Shown here: piece by piece, positions 1 through 12,190 of the stretch | How positions within the stretch are numbered: position 1 is the first letter of the stretch | Layout of the letters: every line of letters starts with the position of its first letter | Assembly: GCA_028023455.1 (NCBI GenBank) | Contig: JAQFVV010000003.1 | Span: 5,270,001-5,334,000, forward strand | Source: Epiperipatus broadwayi | Lineage: Eukaryota > Animalia > Onychophora | DNA: 64,000 bases | Direction: 5' to 3' | Translations under genes and position numbers: made by a program | Notes under the pieces: model-generated | The model's input: the letters and a program-made list of their open reading frames with translations, nothing else | What the model was told of the DNA's origin: nothing | The model's database searches: none

Positions 1-19
1 TGAAGTAGACAATTTCCCA

Positions 20-280
20 AACTAAGAGTAATGGTGCAGTGTGACCACATAAACCATTAAAGAATACAGCAACAAGTGAGTATGCCATAGCATTTCTTAA
101 GGACACATATGCACCGCTGACAACATTATCATATAATAAAAATTAAGATGCTAACAATAGTTTCCTTCATGAAACTACTCAGTATCAGTTCATTTTATAG
201 TATTTCTAATTATAATATTAAGGAAAGCTTATTAATCCAAGTTATAAAGCTATCCTTATAGGCTTTTACTTTTCTAAGGA
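20..280 (+). mobile_element. Possible highly decayed LTR-retrotransposon RNase H remnant
   Basis: 'gaccac(a)taaaccatta' near 43-59 reads D-H-K-P-L if one frameshift is allowed, resembling the Gypsy RNase H TDHKPL motif. Nothing else is unambiguous. Confidence 0.2.
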
Positions 281-1032
281 GGATTACAGCATATGGAGGG
301 AAATTACAATACAGAATTATGAATTTATGCTGCATTTCTTCACTTCAACTGAATATTAGTTACCTATTATATTTAAAGCAAATCTATCTTAGAATAGTGA
401 TAAACTTGTAAGTATATCTTAATTAAGATATTTTAACCATTTCAAAATAGAGCTTTAGTTTGTGCATCAATATACGCATATATGCGACATTACATATATA
501 TGCGAAGTTACATATATATGCGTGAGAATCTATATTTACTTCTCACTAATGATTTAATTATGAATAAAACTCGGTTTTGAATACATATAGCATAAACAAT
601 AACATAATCAAAATTAATAAGATTTGGCATAGATTCAATTAAACGAAATGTAAGATTTAGAATAAGATAAGATTTCACATATGTGAAATCTGAAATTTGA
701 CTTTGTTTTAAAATGAAACTTATATTACATTAACTGATATTTGATTGATTCAGTTTTGATAATTTTAAGTTTATAAGATTAATGATGGTGTATATTAGCA
801 TTAACTTAAGATATACAAAATGACTTAGAAATTTAATAGTTATTTTATAATAGATCATTTTGCATTATACGTGACAAAAATTGTATTAAAACATTTAAAA
901 TATAGATTTTAGCAAGTTAAAATTAAATTACTTTTAATTATTCAAAATAGGATGAACATGTAACTAAATCAATCATTTTTAACTTCAGCCAGTAAACCAA
1001 CAAATAAAGAAATCATATCAACAAATGAAAGG

Positions 1033-1552
1033 TGTTATTTGTGCAAATAATAACTCAGATAAAATCATAAAACAGTTAAATCAGTATTTATCAAATATTA
1101 AATTATTAAATTAGTTATCAAATATTAAATCAGTTTTTAAATCATTTTAAAGCAGTTTAAATTATGAAATCAGGCAAGATTTTAAGATTGAAACAAAATA
1201 AAAATTACATTTAGAAGTAAGTTTAGTTTACATTATTATTATAACCATTGATTTAGATTGAGCTAGCATTTTAGAGTTGAGTTTAGTTGAAAGCTTTAGA
1301 ATTGGAGTATTTACCATTTTCTTATCTTTTCTATGCTGGCAAGTTATTTCTTCATTGTAGGACTTATTTAGGTGGTGACGATTGTTACTTCATCTTTCTC
1401 CGCATCAGGCAGCTTCTTATCGGAGGTGAGAAGTCAAGATTTTAGGCCTCTACCCCAACATGATCATCATCAATGCTTTTCAAGTAGTTTATTAAAATTG
1501 TAATCTTAAAGAGTGTCCTTCAAAGATGTCTGCAGCAGCTTATATACCAACA
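1033..1552 (-). mobile_element. LTR (~520 bp), probably the 3' LTR of a minus-strand LTR retrotransposon, with adjacent polypurine tract
   Basis: Termini TGTT(1033)...AACA(1552). On the minus strand a purine tract GAAGGAAAGGGGGGA (1553-1567) directly precedes TGTTGG, the classic PPT-LTR junction. The left boundary is inferred only from the short inverted terminus. Confidence 0.45.
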
Positions 1553-2659
1553 TCCCCCCTTTCCTTCATTATATTATTTTTAGATTCATTTTCTTAGCTT
1601 ACTCGCTGTTTCAAAATTTTGTGGATCCCACTGTGATTATTTTTCACTTAGGTCAATTTAGCCCCTGTGACACATGGTAATTTATTCAATTTTTTAAATT
1701 TAAATCTAATTTTAACCTTTACTTGTAATTGGGTCAATTTTATAGCAAGAAGGATTAACTTTTCTGGCATCACTATTATTAGAAAAACAAATCTAAAATT
1801 ATGGAAAAACATTTTGTTATATATGTAACTCGACCGTTTAATTTAGCGATATATGCAGAATTATATAATTTCAAATATTATTAATTTAATAAATATTTTA
1901 AATAAAGAAATCTTAATGTTTAAATTCTATTAACATTATTCTTCTAGCATATATGTAGTCTTAAGTTACATATACAACTCGTTTTTCATTTAATTATTAT
2001 TAGAAATATATATATGCACATTTATAGAGGTTTACGTATATAAATGCAATTTTCTCTCTATATGTAGATATATACACACACATACACGATTAACATTATT
2101 TAGGTTTTAATTTAGCCAGTTTTTATAATAATATTAGCATGATATACGAGAATTTGGTGGCTATTATATATAAAAGAATACTACTATAGAATATAGTAGG
2201 TGAAACAGTTGGGTTGTAAAAGCTGACTGTTTCAATATATATATATATATTAATAATCTTACATGAGTTATATAGTAAAATATAGTATGTGTAAAAGATT
2301 ATATATCAGTTTTTATAGATATGTAATTTATCATATATGTGTATTTTTAGTTTCAAATCTTTATATTAACTCTGTTGTATATATAATAAATTGATGATTT
2401 AAACAAATATTAAATTACTTCTTTTGTTATTTGAATTATTGCATTCTGAATGTTTTCTTATTCTATTTGTGAAATATTTTTATTCATTTGTCCCAATCTC
2501 TATTTGTGGACACTGCAATTGCTGCAGTAACAAAAATCAATAAACAACAACTGATGCAGTTGCCAAAAATCAAGAATTGGTGCAGTCAAAAAAATCAACA
2601 ATTGACAAAGCTGACAAACTAACAATTGGAAGTTGACAAAATAACAAATGAATTACAAA

Positions 2660-5600
2660 AGACAAGGTCATCACTTGAGCAAATTTCTACCATTAGTTTG
2701 ATGTGAGTGATGTGGTAGAATGACCACTACATGTAACACAAACAGAAAAATTATTTACATTAAATATAATAAATATTGATAAATGAAAAATAGCAGTCTC
2801 CTTTGTTTTTCAGGAAGATGGCAAATGAAATTGCAAACAGACAGTATGAACTGAATATAATTGGTGAGATGTCATATAATGAATTGATAAAGAAATTGAA
2901 TGATTATTTTAACCATCATGTGTCCTGCCACATAGCTCAGTTACAGTTAAAAACCAAACAGCAGCAAAGTTATAAAAAATTTAGATATTACAACTCTTTA
3001 AGAATTAGCCAAAGGTTGCAGATTTGTGGAAAAGCATTAAGGAGCTCTACTCCAATCACTTTCTAAGGGGAATGTCTGATGATAAACTCAAACAGCAGTC
3101 ATTAATAGAGTCTGCATTAATAGATAAGATGACTATTTCAAAAAGAAATTGCATATGAACTCATGTTAGACCAGACACAAGCACATAAAGAAAGTGAGAA
3201 TCGAAAAATGAAAATTTATAAAACGATGATTCAAATAGAGAATAATACCATATGATTATGGGAAAAGGTCATTTAGCACATATATGGAAGAAAACTGGTA
3301 AAGATGACAGAAGAATTAAAGATAAACTATTGAAAATTATGGAAGGCAAAACATCCCACAAATCAAATTCATAAAAAATATGGACATTTGGGGATCCAAA
3401 CAATTTCTAATATAAATGCAGATTTATAATAAAAGTGTTATGAAAATAGAAAGTACATCAGTTATATTGATAGTGCCTAACAAAGATTGGAGTACATTGA
3501 TAACCAATTATAAGGCAACTTCATTGATTGAAAAAATGAAAATTAAAGTTAATGATATGAGTGGATATATAATTTAAATAATTGGTAAGCTTCAAGTATT
3601 AATTATAAGTGGAGAAAACATAAATAATCTAACATTATATACTGTAAAAGGAAACATGAATCTGATAATAATAGGTAAATAATGGTTCCAAGCTGTTGGA
3701 ATTCACATAAAGTTGTGAAAAAAATAATAGTAAAACAAGAAATCCAAAAAATATATCTGGCACAGTTTAACAGATACACCTGGGTCTCATTTTATGCGAA
3801 TTATTTTAATGTGATTTTGAAGTTATGCGATTCATGTTTTTTCTTAATATCTTTCATATTTCACTATATTTATTAGATATCAAGAAATTCAAATTATTAA
3901 TAACTTATTTTAACTTGAAATACTTTTTTTTTTTCAAAAATATAACGTTACATTAGCAGCTGTTGTGAATATGGCCTGAAGCTATATTTGTAATCTTAGC
4001 TTCTATGTAAATAACTTACTTATACTAATGAATAAATAATAATAATAGATTTATACTTAAATATTGCAATAAATATTCAAAAATTTTAAACTTTTAAAAT
4101 GTATTTTGTTAGGTATAACAGAAATAAATAATTGTAGATTTTAAAAATAAATAACGAAGATTTTGTTGATTTTATAAACTGAAAATAATCTTATTAATGA
4201 TAATGTATAATCTTTTTGTTTTGATTGCGATATAATTTTTTTAATATAGAAACAGAAAACCATTAACACAGCACAAGACTGAATGTGGTGCTAGTTGTAC
4301 ATCACATCATGAATAAAAATAAAAGTGGCTAACAGGTTTCTCTGGGCATAATTGCTGAGAAATTCTTGACTTCATTTAAGGAAAAGCCACAATAAATCAC
4401 ATCACATCAAATCTGATTTCTTACCATACAAACAAACGCTAGCGGTAATGTTTAAAATATGTATGAAAAATGTAAAATTAAATATTGAAGTTAATAAAAA
4501 AGTAAAAAAAAGTTTGACTTGTATTAATTTTTTTCAGACATTTGAAATTTTTTATTAGTCATACTTTATTTGTTTATTTTTTAATGTGAATTTTAAAATA
4601 ATTTTTCCTTGTTGCTTTGCTTTTATGTGAATTCTAAAAATTATAGCACCTATTCCCATTTTTGAAGGTAAGTTACATTTATTTTTGTGCGATTTCTTTA
4701 GTGTGCGTTTTTTGAGGAACCTATCTACTGCATAAAATGAGACCCAGGTGTATTGTATTAACAAAGCCTATACAGATATTTGCTCAAGAATGCCACTCAC
4801 TAATTTTCAAGCCTAGGAAGATGCCATTTGTCCAAAGCCAAAATGTTGTGGGGAATATTAAAATCTGATAATCAAAGATTGGGGGATGCTTATTGTAGTA
4901 GTAACAAAAGCAAATGGCCAAATTCATCTATATGGTGATTATAGGTCACTGTAAATAAAGTATATAAACAAAGAGGCATATCCAGTATGGAATGTGTATA
5001 AATAAGCTATAAAAACAAAGACTCATATCCAGTATGAAATATGAGAGAAGTATTGATGAGTTACAAAAACTATCTATTTCAACAAATCTTGATCTTAACA
5101 TCATCTTCCATCAAATATTGGTCTGTGATAATGCCTGCAGAAATCTTGACAATCGTACCTTACCATTTAGAATTATGACCATCCTAAATATATTTCAAAC
5201 AAATATGGATGTTCTACTATGGAGAATAAAAGGCATTATTCCACACTACTTAGATGATATTTTTATCTGCATAACTTCTAAGAAAACATGGCAGAAACTG
5301 TTGAATGTAAGCAATCAATTGGAAAAACTCAGAGGCAAAAGAAATAGAAAAAAATCATATGAAATGCAAAGAAAATAATTATTTGAGGACACATAAAAAG
5401 AGGATTTGAGATACAAAAATACAACTAAGCATAAGAATGTGAATGACCTCCAACCCTTTCTTTGTTTTGGTTAATTATTTTGAAAGTTTTACTCAAAAGT
5501 AAAACACAAGCTGTGTTGCCACTATATGGACTATTCAGAAAGTCAAAAGTGGAGCTGGTCACTGAGACATAAAGAGGCATTTGAAAAAAAAAACCAAAGA

Positions 5601-6250
5601 ACTATTGTTATCAGAAAAACTACTTATTTATTTCAACAATAATCTACATATACATCTGACAACTGATCCTTCAGATTGGCTAGAAGGAACAGGTATTTTC
5701 TAAACATCACAAAAATTATCAAAGAATAAAAAAAAACTATAGTCAGAGCAGCTTGAAAAAGCTTCATCAGTATCTTTTTTGACTGACCTTTTCAAATAGT
5801 AATTGACAATAAATCTCTACTAGGAATTTCAACAAACCAAAAATTATCACCCAACTATTTAAGTCTATATATGCTTAGACAAAGAAACATATTAGCCACA
5901 TATTATAAGATTAGGTATAAAAATGGATTTGGTGCATTGTCCAGAAATCCTGATAAGAAGACTACATATTAACACAGTTGAAGAATATTGTATTGATGTT
6001 TTAAACTCTAAAATACCGAACCATAAAACAGTAGCAAGGTGGACAAATAAAGGCAAGGGCTAGACATTTGTTAGTTAATTGGATCCAAAAAGATTGGCTG
6101 AATTGAAAACCAAACCACTTAATTCCAGAATTTTGAATCTACAGAGAAAAACTAATTGTTAGAAAAAATTGCATAATAGAAAAAGATACCCAAAAATAAC
6201 CTGAATTCTTCTCTAGAGAAAGATCATATTGTACTGCATGCTTCTTCAAC
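2660..6250 (+). mobile_element. Degenerate Ty3/Gypsy LTR-retrotransposon internal region (gag, protease, RT, RNase H, start of integrase), 3'-truncated and interrupted by a MITE
   Basis: Gag-like ORF 2803-3066. FKPRKMPF (~4806) and LYGDYR (~4927) match the Gypsy RT N-terminus. YLDD lies in ORF 5034-5378. RNase H motifs DNKSLLGI (~5805, cf. TDHKPLLGI) and ALSRNP (~5936, cf. ADALSRLP). Many stops and frameshifts. Confidence 0.85.
3777..4750. mobile_element. Non-autonomous TIR DNA transposon (Tc1/mariner/pogo-type MITE, 974 bp) inserted in the Gypsy pol
   Basis: TIR CACCTGGGTCTCATTTTATGC at 3777-3797 and its exact reverse complement GCATAAAATGAGACCCAGGTG at 4730-4750. TA flanks both ends (3775-76, 4751-52). 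Gypsy pol sequence resumes on either side. Confidence 0.85.
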
Positions 6251-7299
6251 TAGGTGCTTCTTGAGGGGACTGACTACTGTTATTGTGTGAAATCATGTTG
6301 TGGTGTAAATTTTTTTTGTTAAGTGTATCTCAATTATTTGTCGATTTTTTTAATGGCTGAAAAGTTGGAACAATAGGAAATTCTGTTTTCTGCTAGAGAA
6401 AATGACAGAGAAAACAGTCATAATACTGGAAACAGATTACAGCAAGTTGCCTGGAGAAAATACAAGTTTATGAGTGGTTTAATGGAAGTGTCTGAACATC
6501 AAGTTCCAAAAAAGTGTGATGAGTTAAAGACAATATGCCGATGCACAAAGCCTTGAGTGTAAAAGAAGTTTTTAATTAAATTCACATAAATAACTTATTG
6601 ATCAGCCATATGGTTTATATGGCTTCTTTTTATTCTCTTGAATGAAATAATGCCTCAAAAAATTTCTTTGGCAGATTTAAAAGTAGTAAAGAAAAAAAAA
6701 CTATGCAGCACTACTTTGCAAGAGTTTCTGGAGTACATTGAAAAACGAAAAACACATTTAGACTGCATTAAATGAACTACACTTTGAAAGGGATTCAATT
6801 TGTAGCACCTACAAATAAATGTACATTATCTTTTTACTCCAAAATTTCAGTTATTTTTGGATTCCCTCTTGTAGAGTATGACTGGTAGTGATACCAACAA
6901 GACTAAAGGTAAATAGAGTGGTTAAATCTCACTCCCATGGTTGTCTCTGCCAAGAAAGACTTGGGATAAAGGAATGATGAACCCTGGCTAGTGCTTTTAA
7001 ATTATTTTTAGCTTCTCTCAGTTCTTAATTGGTATGTTTTCATCGATCTTGACAAAATCCCCCTCCCCCCAAATCTCTGCATTTAAATTTGCTTATTTTT
7101 CTGTCTCTACTTTTTGTCTATAGATAATAGTCTGGATTGTCAATAAAAGCTCACATCTTCTGTTTTTAAAATTCACTCCCTCTTTTCCTAAATTTTGGAT
7201 TGATCTCATTTGTATCCGTCTGCTTTCTACATAATAGAAGTCTATTCCATGCGAAAAATTTTGATTGTCAATTCTCAAAACTTAATTGAAAGAATCTTG

Positions 7300-8486
7300 G
7301 GTTGTCGTCGATGAACCAACATATCCCACTGGATGGCGCTGTTTTCACGCTAAAACACATAAAAATGCTGTTTCCACAGCCGACACATTCGAACCCGCAT
7401 TTTCTACAATACAACCTTTTATGTTGTACTACAGATTGCAGGCCACTATGTCACATCGCAGTACAGCATGTATGTTTACACAGCAAATACATTTTCCCAA
7501 TTTGCACAGTTTATAAAAAGGTTACGGCTTGGGGAGAAAGGTGTGTTTTTTTTAATTGGATGGAAATGTTATTTTCATTGGATTTTTTTTATTTTAAAGT
7601 ATTGAAATATTCAGATTTTGTAAAGTAATAATTAACAGACTTTTTACACTGTAGTGTATTGAAGTTTTAAGTAGTAAATGTTGATGAGATATATGTATAA
7701 AGTGAATTGGAATTAGGTAACGCGTCAAGTAATGTATTGTTCGTAACATTTCCATGAGTGTGTATATTTTTGAAATAAAAAAGAGCGTTAACACAAAAAT
7801 ATCCAGTAAGAAAAGTATAATTGTACACTGTTTTTTTAAATGTCATAAAAAGCATATATTATAAACATTTTATATATATATTTGTCGTTGTTTAAAAAAG
7901 TTTGTTTCTTTCTTTTCTCCAACTACTGTTATACTTTGTTGAATATAGTTTACGTTTATTGTTATCATTTATTTTATAGATGTTAGTAAAAAAAAATATT
8001 TACAAAAATACGATTTTGATATTTTTTATTTTAACTATAAACCTAACCCTAAAGCTAACTCTAAAACTAACCCTAAACTAACCCTAAAACTAACCGTAAC
8101 AACTTTTAGTTTTAGTTGTGATTCTATTTGAAATAAAAAATAGTGGTAAACAACAACAACAAAAAAGTCGTAACCCCAGTAAAAAAATCTCCGATAGAAA
8201 ATTGATTTTTCTAATAAAAAGAAAATTAAAAAAGATGAATCAAATTGTAATTTCTTTATTTTATTTTACATTTATTATTATCATTTAATTTGTATACGTT
8301 AATAAAAAAATAATATTTAAAATTAAATAATATTTAAAAAAGCTGATTTTCTTTTGTTTTTATTTTCGCATTACAAAAAACACATCAAAATGATTATAAT
8401 TAATGGCCTGTGAATGTTCATATTTTATAGTTTTAGCATGATAACTGCACCATCTAGTGGGATATGGTTGCTCATCGATGAGAACC
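7300..8486. mobile_element. Non-autonomous TIR DNA transposon with GG termini and an 8-bp TSD (Merlin- or MULE-like)
   Basis: ~40-bp imperfect TIRs: GGTTGTCGTCGATGAACCAACATATCCCACTGGATGGCG (from 7300) versus revcomp of the right end GGTTCTCATCGATGAGCAACCATATCCCACTAGATGGTG (ending 8486). Flanks GAATCTTG (7292-7299) and GAATCTTT (8487-8494) form an 8-bp TSD with one mismatch. The superfamily is inferred from termini and TSD only. Confidence 0.75.
8040..8101 (+). repeat. Telomere-like (C/T)TAACCCTAAA degenerate tandem repeat inside the TIR element
   Basis: aacctaaccctaaagctaactctaaaactaaccctaaactaaccctaaaactaaccgtaac. Confidence 0.7.
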
Positions 8487-8885
8487 GAATCTTTGTTCAC
8501 CTGCTGTCAATTTTTATTCAGATTAAAATATATTTATCTTAAATGGAATAAAACTATTAAAAATAAAAGGCAAAAATGTTGAAATTGTTACACATATATA
8601 TTTTTTTTCTATTGTTGAAATGGATGCTGTGCGCTTAAATAGGTGTTCTTTTGTTTCCGAGAAGTAAACTAACTTGGAATTTTAAAAATATAGTATTATT
8701 ATAATATCCTAAGTTTTTTTTAATTTTTGTTATACGTTTTTTTATATAAATAATAAATTGCATTATATGTGATTTGATTACATATTCACTATACAGTGTT
8801 ATCGCTACTCCTCAAAAAACTTTGCCTCCCTCTTTGCTTCACAAACCTCAAAGTTTTCCCATTTCGATTGGGATATCAATTTCGT

Positions 8886-9675
<790 letters not shown>

Positions 9676-10489
9676 ATTTATATACATTTATTGAAATTAT
9701 TTTTCTCTCTACTTTAAAAAATTTCATTCTATATGCTGTATTGGAATTTGATCAAACGTTGACCAGGAATGTATCTAAAACTCTAATAATTTCAGTTTAT
9801 TAGAATAAGGGAACAAAATTTTCTTTAAAAGAGTAGTTTCTTTGAACTGTAAAAAAGTGACATTTTTTTTATTAATTGATATATCGGGCCTTGATTATGC
9901 AATTTTTTATAGTGAAGCTATTTTTTTTACTCAATGAAAAATTATTTTGTATTCCCAATAAGTCGTCACTACTTTGAGATTCTTTTTATTATTACTCTTT
10001 TAATTATACATTTTCGACATTATTATTGGAATATTTTACCCTAATATTGGAATTTTTAAGTTAATTTTTTTAGTAATAAAACTGGCATAAATAAAATATG
10101 TATATTTGTCTTGAAATAAACAAGATTAAAGGTTTTTGAATTATTCCCCAAAAAGATATTCAGGTAATGTTTGTGCTAAGCACTGGCATGTGGGCCAACT
10201 ATTATGAATGATATAGAAACATATAACAATAAAGTTTTGAATTATGACACAATGTTAAAAAGAATTGGGTCATGTGATCTATGACTCTTATTTTGAATGC
10301 TATAAACTGTTTAAAAATAAGCTTAAAAATAGTTAACTTTCTCAGTTTTTTAAAAAAAAATATGAGAAGAAAAAATATTTTAAATGTAATTTAAATTTAG
10401 GAAAATTTAATAATGTGGAATTGATATAAAAAAAGTTCGATAAATAATATTAGAAAAACCATTATCATCATCATTACTATTATTAATTA

Positions 10490-11210
10490 TTATTTTTCGG
10501 TATTCTTAAGCCCTAGGGATTTCTGTTTAATAGTTTTAACTAGGTATTTTGGTTTACTCAGCTTTAAAAAATATAATATTTATGAGAAAGAAAAATTAAT
10601 TAATAGCTTGATTCGCGTATATAAAAGCATTTTCTTGAACATAATTTTTTATAGTGGCTTGCTATGTATAGAAATTTAAATAATTTTAGTATCTATTTAC
10701 AGTCAGTAAATATTCGAATTTTTCTATTAATTAAATAAAATTTTGAATGAAGTCGTGACCCAAAAATGTTTCTTACCATCAAATTATCTTAGCGGTCTCT
10801 TTCCAAAAAATCAGAACGCAGTAACAACTCATAAAAGTAAAAGAATGCTACTTCTTGAATTTCTTTAGTTTTAAACACCATTTTAATTTCAGAGCGCGTA
10901 TGACGGTTGGGTTTGATAAAATAATTAACAAAAATATAATATAATTAAATAACTTTTTTAACAAACCCACATTTTTTTCGTTTTCAGTGGGCTCATTCAT
11001 TGTATATATATATATTGTAATAGTCAGACTAAACATGTTTCAATGATTTACATTTCTTTTTTATTTATATAATTTATATGGGCGCCACCTGACTTTAAAC
11101 ACCAAGAAATAGATCGTCACATATATTTTAACAATCTTTTATTAATTATGATAATGATTATCACTACACAGCCTTTATTTGCAATATCTGGCTAGATCAC
11201 GAACGATATA
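10490..11210. promoter_or_regulatory. Local CpG-retaining segment, candidate unmethylated promoter or first exon
   Basis: Over a dozen CpGs (e.g. ttcgcgt ~10614, gagcgcgt ~10893, ggcgcc ~11081) in otherwise CpG-poor DNA. Minus-strand splice-donor-like TTGATG|GTAAGA at ~10775. No transcript evidence. Confidence 0.3.
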
Positions 11211-12190
11211 AGTTAAAAGGAAGATATTTAATACATACCTGTTTGAATTTGTCACAACAAGCCCTCCCTTCTGATGGAATAGATGTACAGAATACTTTTG
11301 AACACACTGAACAAGATTTTAAAGTTGGCATGAGAGTTTGGTGGGAATTAGGAAACATTTGAAAGATGAAAATGCTGTAGATTAATTTTAATATGAAAAC
11401 GGAAATGGTAGATGACATAATACTTGTGAAATCTGGTTGTAAAGAAAACATAAATTTTTCAGACAATTAAAAAAAAAAGTGAACAAGGGAACATCCGAAT
11501 AAACATAATGGTATTGGGTTATATTCGATCTAACATCAAATATTTCAATCTTCTAATATATTTTATACATTCAGCATAGGAAATGATCATTATTTCATAA
11601 AATGTAAAATAAGTATTAATGCAAAATTTAGAAAGACCAAAACTGTTGAAGAAGATGTCATATGAATATAGACCATATAATATTATATTTAAAGAGGCTA
11701 AAACATCATAACAACAATTGTTGGATTACAAAAGATAATTGTCAATCGACATATAACTTACTTTTCTTTTAACAAAGCCTTTTCTACAATCTCTCTTATA
11801 TCATCATTTTATTTTATATGTTTGCATGAAAACAATAATTACTTAGAAAATGTCCAAGGCTTCTTTGCTAACTTAATCTTTAATTATACTATAATATTAA
11901 TATAGTTATATAATAAAGTACATTTGATAAATAGTAAACTCCGAACTTTAATAAATCTACAACATAACTCTATGTACAGATAAACCTATAAATATAAGCT
12001 GTTCATTTAACTCATAAGTTTCTTAGCATTAACACATACATATACTTAATATGGGATAAATATAACCGCTACATCTTTTTACAAGAGTAACTATAAGAAA
12101 TGACCATTTTTAGGTCCAAATCCCAATTTAATAAAACTATGACTTCTACAGGGGTGACTTGTTTCCAATCTGATTTCTAATATATATATA

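Noticed and set aside
1361-1425. Apparent plus-strand exon (TTGTAG|...GAG|GTGAGA) with one open frame
   Set aside because: It lies inside the PPT-flanked LTR candidate, the peptide is not recognisable and there are no partner exons.
2180-2233. Two adjacent short hairpins (CTACTATA/TATAGTAG and GAAACAGT/ACTGTTTC), considered as a Helitron 3' end
   Set aside because: No CTRR terminus or matching 5' end; short AT-rich hairpins are expected by chance.
6360-6780. Possible Myb/SANT-like (Harbinger ORF2) remnant, RLQQVAWRKYK...VPKKCDELK
   Set aside because: The resemblance is only a loose pattern needing frameshifts; no TIRs or transposase support it.
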